DNA from: the human T2T-CHM13v2.0 reference genome, Homo sapiens
Assembly (NCBI RefSeq): GCF_009914755.1
Contig: NC_060941.1
DNA: 64,000 bases
Direction: 5' to 3' (one strand)
In this document: positions 57,120 to 64,000 of the stretch, piece after piece
Layout: each line of letters begins with the position of its first letter
Numbering within the stretch: the stretch's first letter is position 1
Made by a program: the position numbers and the translations under genes
The notes under the pieces: generated by a model
What the model was told of the DNA's origin: nothing
The model's database searches: none
The model's input: the letters and a program-made list of their open reading frames with translations, nothing else

Positions 57120-57420
57120 GGCTGGGCATGGTGCCTCATGTCGGTAATCCCAGCACTTTGGGAGACCGAGGCGGGTGGATCACTTGAGGTCAGGAGTTTG
57201 TGACCAGCCTGGCCAAACATCATGAACCCCATCTCTATTAAAATTACAAAAATCAGCTAGGCGTGGTGGTGTGCACCTGTAGTCCCAGCTACTCAGGAGG
57301 CTGAGGTGGGATAATCACTTTAACCTGGGAGGCAGAGGTTGCAATGAGCCAAGATCATGCCACTGCACTCCAGCCTGGGTGACACAGTGAGATTCTGTCT
57401 CAAAAAAACAAAACAAAACA
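57120..57420 (+). mobile_element. Alu (AluSx/Sz-like)
   Basis: Full dimer, (CAAAA)n tail; TSD aaaacagtattca / aaaacattattca. Confidence 0.95.
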
Positions 57421-59321
57421 AACATTATTCAACAGATTGATGTCTCCTGCTACCTAAATTCCTTACTCTTTGTGTGCCACAATTTGAGCTCAGTGAAAAA
57501 AATCCAAAGTCTTTTTTTTCCTTTTAATCTATTGATATTGTCTTCATTCACTTCAAAGGTAAGTAGCTTGACATAAAAATTGTGTTGAGATATGGGAAAG
57601 ACAAAGACAACCATGAGCTCTTGCTCTTAACAAGATTCCTCATTTATAAGAAGAAGGTAAATGAAGATTGGAGGATGCAATTTCTGTAAATACAGTGGAA
57701 ATGTTTTTAAATAATAAATAGGAGAAATTCCAAGTAGGGATTACTGATAGTTACACAAAGATTTCAGGTTTTGCCACTATATTCTCAAAACGTATTTGAA
57801 ATTTCAATTAGCATTAATTATTCTGCATGTAACTATTTTATGACATGACATATAGTTTTTCAACTCAAGGAACTGCTAGAACTATAGGTTTCTTGTTGAA
57901 ATTGTTTTTATTATTTTTCTATCTTTTCTACTCTGCATTTTTCTTTCCTTCCTTCCATCCTTCTTTTGTTCCTTTTTCACTTATTTTCCTCCATCTCTTC
58001 TTTTTCAATGTCTCTGTCTCACTTTCTCTTATTCTTTCTTCCTCTAAATTTGAAAACATTGAAACATTTTTTACATATCTATTTCTCATATCCACTACAT
58101 TCCATTACTGTTCTAAATGCCAGTAAGTCAAAGATAAATAAGCCATAGCAACTATCCTTAGAAAGTAAGAGTTTCATGAGGCAGAAAGACAAAAATCAAA
58201 CAATTGCAATGATAGATGTTATAGATATTAAAATAGATGTATTGCAAGGTGCTATGAGAGCAAAGAAGAGCAAACAGAATGCCTTATGAAGTGTAAAATA
58301 TTCTTAAAAGGTCAAAGGAGAGAACAAACAGGATAATTTTGAGCTGCTATCATGTACAAGCTTACTACTGAGCATTGGTTTCTTCACGTTATTAACACAT
58401 ACAGTCTTCATAATTAACTGTATAAGATGGGAACCATACTTATCACCATTCATTTAGATTTGAAAACTAAACTAGAAAAGTTGTGTGAATTTCCAAGGTT
58501 TCATGTCTAAGGTGATGTCTTCTTGCCTTAAATATAATTATTAATATTATTATATGCAGCTTTAAGGGACTACACACTACTTGGTGCTGCTTGTTATTAT
58601 TGGGGATAGAAGATGTAGCTGTAAGTTAGCTAAATTTGTTAAGAGTTAAGTCTGTGCCAAGTACTCTACTAGGTCTTTGTGATATTAACTCATGAACACC
58701 AATTTGAAGTCCGCAGTCCTATGATCTATTTTAAAGATGAGTAAACTGAGTGTAAACCAAAGGTTAGGATTATAAAGGTTAAGAAAGGTAGAATTGACTG
58801 TTGTACATAGCCACTTTTGAGCTAGCCATGCATGAGAAACAAGACAGACTTTTGCAAGAACAAGTCATGATAACAACTATGACTTTGAGGTGTCATGTAA
58901 GCAACACAGATGACAGGTGCTTTACATCAAATACTACCCATAGAAGCAAGCTCCACTTTTCGCACTATCTGGACCAGTTAAGGTAGCAGCAGCATGGTGT
59001 GATAGAGGTCACTTGAGCTATGGAGTCAGCACAGAATTTCAATTCTACCTATGCTCTCGCTTCAGTAATCTTCAGAAAATTACTAAAATCTCGAGGTCTC
59101 AAATTCCTCATATTTCTAATTGGGAGAGTGATAAATATTTCAAATGATAGGTGGACCAATTGCATAGTTCATTCACATGCTTGGAGCTCAGCAAATATAT
59201 ATATTTTTCTACTTATACTTAATTTGATTCCAAAATTTTACTGGTATGGTAAATAATAAAACTTAGAATAAAGTATCATTTTGACCAGTTTCTAAGCAAT
59301 TTAAATCCCCCATTGTGGTTT

Positions 59322-59416
59322 TGTGTCTGAAGCTGGTTCCTGCCGGTGGGTTCGTGGTCTCGCTGACTTCAAGAATGGAGCCACAGACCCACCAGCAGGA
59401 GCCAACTCCAGACACA
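59322..59416. mobile_element. LTR12 (LTR12F-like) remnant: inverted LTR 3' end (59322-59389) fused to the sense LTR 3' end (59387-59416)
   Basis: tgtgtctgaagctggttcctgccggtgggttcgtggtctcgctgacttcaagaatggagcc is the reverse complement of the LTR12 U5 end; acccaccagcaggagccaactccagacaca is the sense U5 end. Confidence 0.85.
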
Positions 59417-59419
59417 TCT

Positions 59420-59437
59420 TAGGGACTCATCTGGGAT
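59420..59437 (+). other. Retroviral primer-binding site, tRNA-Pro-like
   Basis: tagggactcatctgggat versus TGGGGGCTCGTCCGGGAT: 14/18, all differences transitions; 3 nt after the LTR-terminal CA. Confidence 0.7.
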
Positions 59438-60617
59438 TCACCACGCATTGAGTACCACTGGACACCTTTCGCTTGCTATTCTGTCTTATTTTTCCTTAGA
59501 ATTAAGGGGCTAAACACTGGGCACCTGTTGGCCAGTTAAAAGCAACTAGCATGGCTGCTGGACTAAAGACACGGGTGTCAGGCTTTCTGGGAAAGGGCTC
59601 TCTAACAACCCCCAACTCTAAGGAGTCAGGAGCGTTAGTTTGCCTGGAAGCAGCTTCTGCTTTTCCTGCACTTCTGGGCTGAGCAGAGGGTCGACAGAGA
59701 GGAAAGCCATTCAGCTCCAGGGTCCCGACAAAAAGTTGGTTGACCCTGCAGCCATGAGCAGAGCTCTCAAAGTTACGTTGCCAAAGTGAGACTTGCCCAT
59801 CTATCCCATCTATCCTGACCCTTGTCTCCTGGGTCTTAACACCCATCAGTCAAACTTCTTCCTGCCTCTCTTCTCCGAGGCTAGTCCTGCTTCTAAAAAC
59901 CACTCCCTGTCCCTGGTACTCTTCTAGTTTCTCCTGTAAGGATGATTTCTAATATAAATTTTGGGACTCTGTTCCTTTCTTTAAGCACCCGGGCTCACCA
60001 ATCAGAAAGACATAATTTTTGCCCAAAGCCCCATCGGGGGGGACTATATAGAATTTTAGGATCCCTCCTCAGACTAGCAGGCCTAACAGAGGCTATTCCC
60101 GAAGCTAGAATATGGGGAGCCTCAGAAATTATAGACTCCAAAATTGGAGGATATCCCTCCTATTCATATGTAAAGTGAGGACAAAAAGCATCACTCTTCC
60201 AACCCTGGAGATCCCTTCCCTCCCTCAGGATGTGGCCCTTCACTCCATTTTGAGGCATATCATGTTTACAGGACAAGGGTAAAGTCCCAATACCAACAGG
60301 AGAAAATGCTTATGACTCTAACTAACAGGTTTTCGAGACTGCGTCGGTAAAAGCCACTAAATCCCACCTTTCTCGGTCCTCTTTGTGGTCTAAGAGGAAA
60401 GGCAATGATGCAGGTTTTTGAGAATGTGTCAGTAAGGGCCACTAAATCTGACCTTCCTCGGTCCTCTTTGTGGCCTAGAAGGAAAACAAGTGTTTCTGCT
60501 GCTGCTTTGGTGAGCACAACTATCCCTAACAGCAGGGTCCAGGGACCATTGTAGGGTCTTGGGTGGGGGAAAAAAACAGGCCAAAACTGCAAGAATTTTT
60601 TTTTCTTTCTGTTTTAG

Positions 60618-62093
60618 ATGGGAAACACTCAGGTATCAACAAGCTCACCCCTGAAATGCATCCTAAGCCATTGGGGCCAATTAGACCCACAAACCCTGAA
60701 AAAGAAGCAGCTTACTTTTTTCTGCACTACAGCCTGGCCTGAATATTCTCTCTCTGAAGGGGAAAAATGGCCACCTGAGGGAAGTATAAATTACAATACT
60801 ATCCTGCAGCTTGATGTTTGCTGTAAGAGGGAAGGCAAATAGAGTGAAATACCTTATGTCCAAGCTTTCTTTTCATTGAAGGAGAATCCACAGCTATGCC
60901 AAGTTTGCAATCTACATTCCACAGGAGGACCTCTCAGCTTACCCCCATATCCTAGCCTCCCTACAGCTCCCCTTCCTATTAATCATGAGCCTCCTCTAAT
61001 CTCCCCCACCCAGAAGGAAACAAGCAAAGAAATCTCCAAGGGACCATAAAACCCCCTGGGCTATCGGTTATGTCCCCTTCAAGCTGTAGAGGAAGGGGAA
61101 TTTGGCCCAACCCGGGTACATGTCCCCTTCTCCCTCCCTGATTTAAAGCAGATCAAGGTAGACCTGGGGAAGTTTTCAGATGCTCCTCATAGATATATAG
61201 ATGTCCTACAGGGTCTAGGGCAAACCTTCAGTCTCACTTGGAGAGATGTCATGCTATTGTTAGATCAAACGTTTGCCTTTAATGAAAAGAATGTGGCTTT
61301 AGCTGCAGCCCGAGAGTTTGGAGATAGCTGGTATCTTAGTCCAGTAAATGATAGAATGACAGCCAAAGAAAGGGACAAATTCCATACCAGTCAGCAAGCC
61401 ATCCCCAGTATGGATCCCGACTGGGACCTCGACTCAAATCATGGGGACTGGATTTGCAAACATCTGTTGACCTGTGTTACAGAAGGACTAAGGAGAATTA
61501 GGAAAAACCCCATGAATTATTCAATGATGTCCACCATAACTTAGGGAAAGGAAGAAAATCCTACCGCCTTCCGCGAGTGGCTATGGGAGGCTTTAAGAAA
61601 ATATACTCCCTTGTCACCTAACTCCCTCGAGGGTCAATTGATCCTAAAAGATGTTTATTACCCAATGAGCCACAGATATCAGGAGAAAGCTCCAAAAGCT
61701 AGCCCTGGGCCCTGAACAAAATTTGGAGGCATTATTAAACCTGGCAACCTCGGCATTCTATAATAGGGACCAAGAGGAACAGACCAGAAAGGAATAGCGA
61801 GATAAGAGAAAGGCCACAGCTAAGAGAAAGGCCACAGCTTTAGTCATGGCCTCAGACAAACAAACCTTGGTAGTTCAGAGAGGACAGAAAACGGAGTATG
61901 CCAATCACCCGGTAGGGCTTATTATCAGTGTGGTTTGCAAGGACACTTTAAAAAAGATTGTCCAACAAGAAACAAGCTGCTCCCTCACACATGTCCACTA
62001 TGCCAAGGCAATCACTGGAAGGAACACTGCCCCAGAGGACAAAGGTTCTCTGGGCCAGAAGCCCCCAGCCAGATGATCCAACCACAGGACTGA
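60618..62093 (+). pseudogene. gag: ERV9 gag, disrupted by stops and frameshifts
   Basis: [23 protein letters not shown]; capsid-like fragment 61251-61544; knuckles (A)YYQCGLQGHFKKDC and CPLCQGNHWKEHC; in-frame stops such as 60840; gag TGA at 62091. Confidence 0.88.
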
Positions 62094-62440
62094 GGGCACC
62101 CAGGGCAAGTGCCAGCTCATGTCATCACCCTCACTGAACCCTGGGTAAGTTTAACCACTGAGATTCAGGAAATTGACTTCCTCCTGGACAGTGGTGTGGC
62201 TTTCTCAGTGTTAATCTTCTGCCCTGGACAGCTGACCTCAAGGTCCATTACCATCCAAGGAATCCGGGGACAGCCGTAACCAGGTATTTCTCCCACCTCC
62301 TCAGTTGTAATTGGAGACTTTGCTCTTTTCACATGCCTTTCTTGTTATGCCTGAAAGTCCCACACCCTTATTAGGGAGGGACACATTAGCCAAAGCTGGA
62401 GCTATTATCTATGTGAATATGAGGTACATGTTACCCATTT
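62094..62440 (+). pseudogene. pro: ERV9 protease, disrupted
   Basis: FLLDSG at 62178-62195 (active-site DTG/DSG); HAFLVMPESPTPLLGRD lies in a different frame. Confidence 0.8.
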
Positions 62441-64000
62441 GTTGTCCCCTACTTGAGGAGAGAATCAACCCTGAAGTCTGGGCATTGGAAGAATAATTTG
62501 GAAGGGCAAAAAATGCCTGCCTAGTTCAAAGCAGGCTAAAAGAACCCACCACTTTTCCTTATCAAAGGCAATATCCCTTAAGGCCTGAAGCCCATAAAGG
62601 ATTACAGGATATTGTTAGACATTTAAAAGTTCAAGTCTTAGTAAGAAAATGCAGCAGTTCCTGCAACACCCCAATTCTAGGAGTACAAAAACCGAATGGT
62701 CAGTGGAGACAAGTGCAAGATCTTAGACTCATCAGTGATGCAGTAATTCCTCTATATCCAGCTGTATCCAACCCCTATACCTTGCTCTCTCAAATACTGG
62801 AGGAAGCAGAATGGTTCACTGTTCTGGACCTCAAGGATGCCTTCTTCTGCATTCCCCTGCGCTCTGACTCCCAGTTTCTCCTTGCCTTTGAGGATCCCAC
62901 AGACCACACATCCCAACTTACGTGGACGGTCTTTACTCAAGGGTTTATGGATACCCCTCATCTGTTTGGTCAGTCACTGGCCCAAGATCTAGGCCACTTC
63001 TCAAGTCCAGGCACTCTGGTCCTTCAGTATGTGGATGATTTACTTTTGGCTAAACAGCAGGCTACTCTAGATCTCTTGAACTTTCTAGCTAATCAAGGGT
63101 ACAAGTTGTCTAAATTGAAGGCCCAGCTCTGCCTACAAGTCAAATATTTAGGCCTGATCTTAGCCAGAGGAACCAGAGCCCTCAGCAAAGAATGAATACA
63201 GCCTATACTGGCTTGTCCTTGCCCTAAGACATTAAAACAGTAGTGGGGGTTCCTTGGGATCACCAGCTTTTGCTGACTATGGATCCCCAGATACAGTGAT
63301 ATAGCCAGGCCACTCTAAAATCAAGGAGACCCAGAGGGCAAATATTCATCTAGTAGAATGGGAACCAGAGGCAGAAACAGCCTTCAAAACCTTAAAGCAG
63401 GCCCTAATACAAACTCCAGCCTTAAGCCTTCCCATAGGACAAAACTTCTCTTTATATGTCACAGAGAATGGGAATAGTTCTTAGAGTCCTTACTCAGACT
63501 CGTGGGACAACCCCACAACCAGTGGCATACCTAACTAAGGAAACCGATGTAGTAGCAAAAGGCTGGTCTCACTGTTTACAGGTAGTTGTGGTGGTGGCCA
63601 GCTTAGTATCATAGGCTATCAAAATAATACAAGGAAAGGATCTCACCATCTGGACTACTCATGTTGTAAATGGCATACTAGGTACCAAAGGAAATTTATG
63701 GCTATCAGACACCCACCTGCTTAGATACCAAGTGCTACTCCTTGAGGGACTGGTGCTTCAAATATGCACATGTGTGACCCTCAACCCTGCTACTTTTCTC
63801 CCAGAGGATGTGGAACCAATAGAGCATGACTGCCAACAAATTGTGGCCCAGACTTATGCCACCCGAGAGGATCTCTTAGAAGTCCCCTTAGCTAATCCTG
63901 ACCTTAACCTATATACCAGTGGAAGTTTATTTGTGGAGAATGGGATATGAAGAGCAGGTTATGCCATAGTTAGTGATGTAACTACTTGAAAGTAGGCCAC
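62441..64000 (+). pseudogene. pol: ERV9 pol (RT to RNase H start), disrupted
   Basis: QDLR, FTVLDLKDAFF, TQGF, YVDD (63028-63039), VKYLG; RNase H LYTSGS (catalytic D lost); multiple stops. Confidence 0.9.

Larger units (their letters stand above)
59417..64000 (+). mobile_element. HERV9/ERV9 internal region (leader, gag, pro, pol), truncated by the window end
   Basis: ERV9 leader, gag start [19 protein letters not shown], zinc knuckles, protease, RT and RNase H motifs in the expected order. Confidence 0.92.

Noticed and set aside
60326-60495. Two ~85-bp tandem repeats in the ERV leader
   Set aside because: Diverged repeats that I recall as a normal feature of ERV9/HERV-W leaders.
62713-63195. 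RT ORF with YVDD as an active or novel reverse-transcriptase system
   Set aside because: Fragment of a multiply disrupted ERV9 pol; no promoter LTR; flanking stops.

Overview
This is AT-rich, CpG-depleted primate (human-like) non-coding genomic DNA, roughly half of it recognisable transposable-element debris. It contains Alu/FRAM, L1PA/L1PB/L1M fragments, MIR and L2, MaLR LTRs (MLT1, MST, THE1, including one full THE1 provirus), ERVL LTRs and DNA transposons (MER3, MER5, MER45, MER58, Tigger2). The last 4.7 kb is a defective HERV9/ERV9 provirus (gag-pro-pol) that runs off the window. I find no supportable host protein-coding exon, RNA gene or CRISPR array; the long ORFs are TE-derived or spurious. 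The most unusual structures are: (1) the ERV9 5' LTR is replaced by a ~95-bp fold-back of the LTR's own 3' end, followed by a tRNA-Pro-like rather than Arg PBS; (2) a pre-miRNA-sized hairpin in unique DNA at 26.4 kb, with a loop-flipped partial copy 1.8 kb away; (3) several local templated duplication/inversion scars; (4) three same-strand THE1 LTRs retaining intact DUX4 motifs. Repeat subfamily names come from visual recognition of consensus sequences, not RepeatMasker, and boundaries of old elements are approximate. I do not see convincing evidence of a new multi-component biological system.
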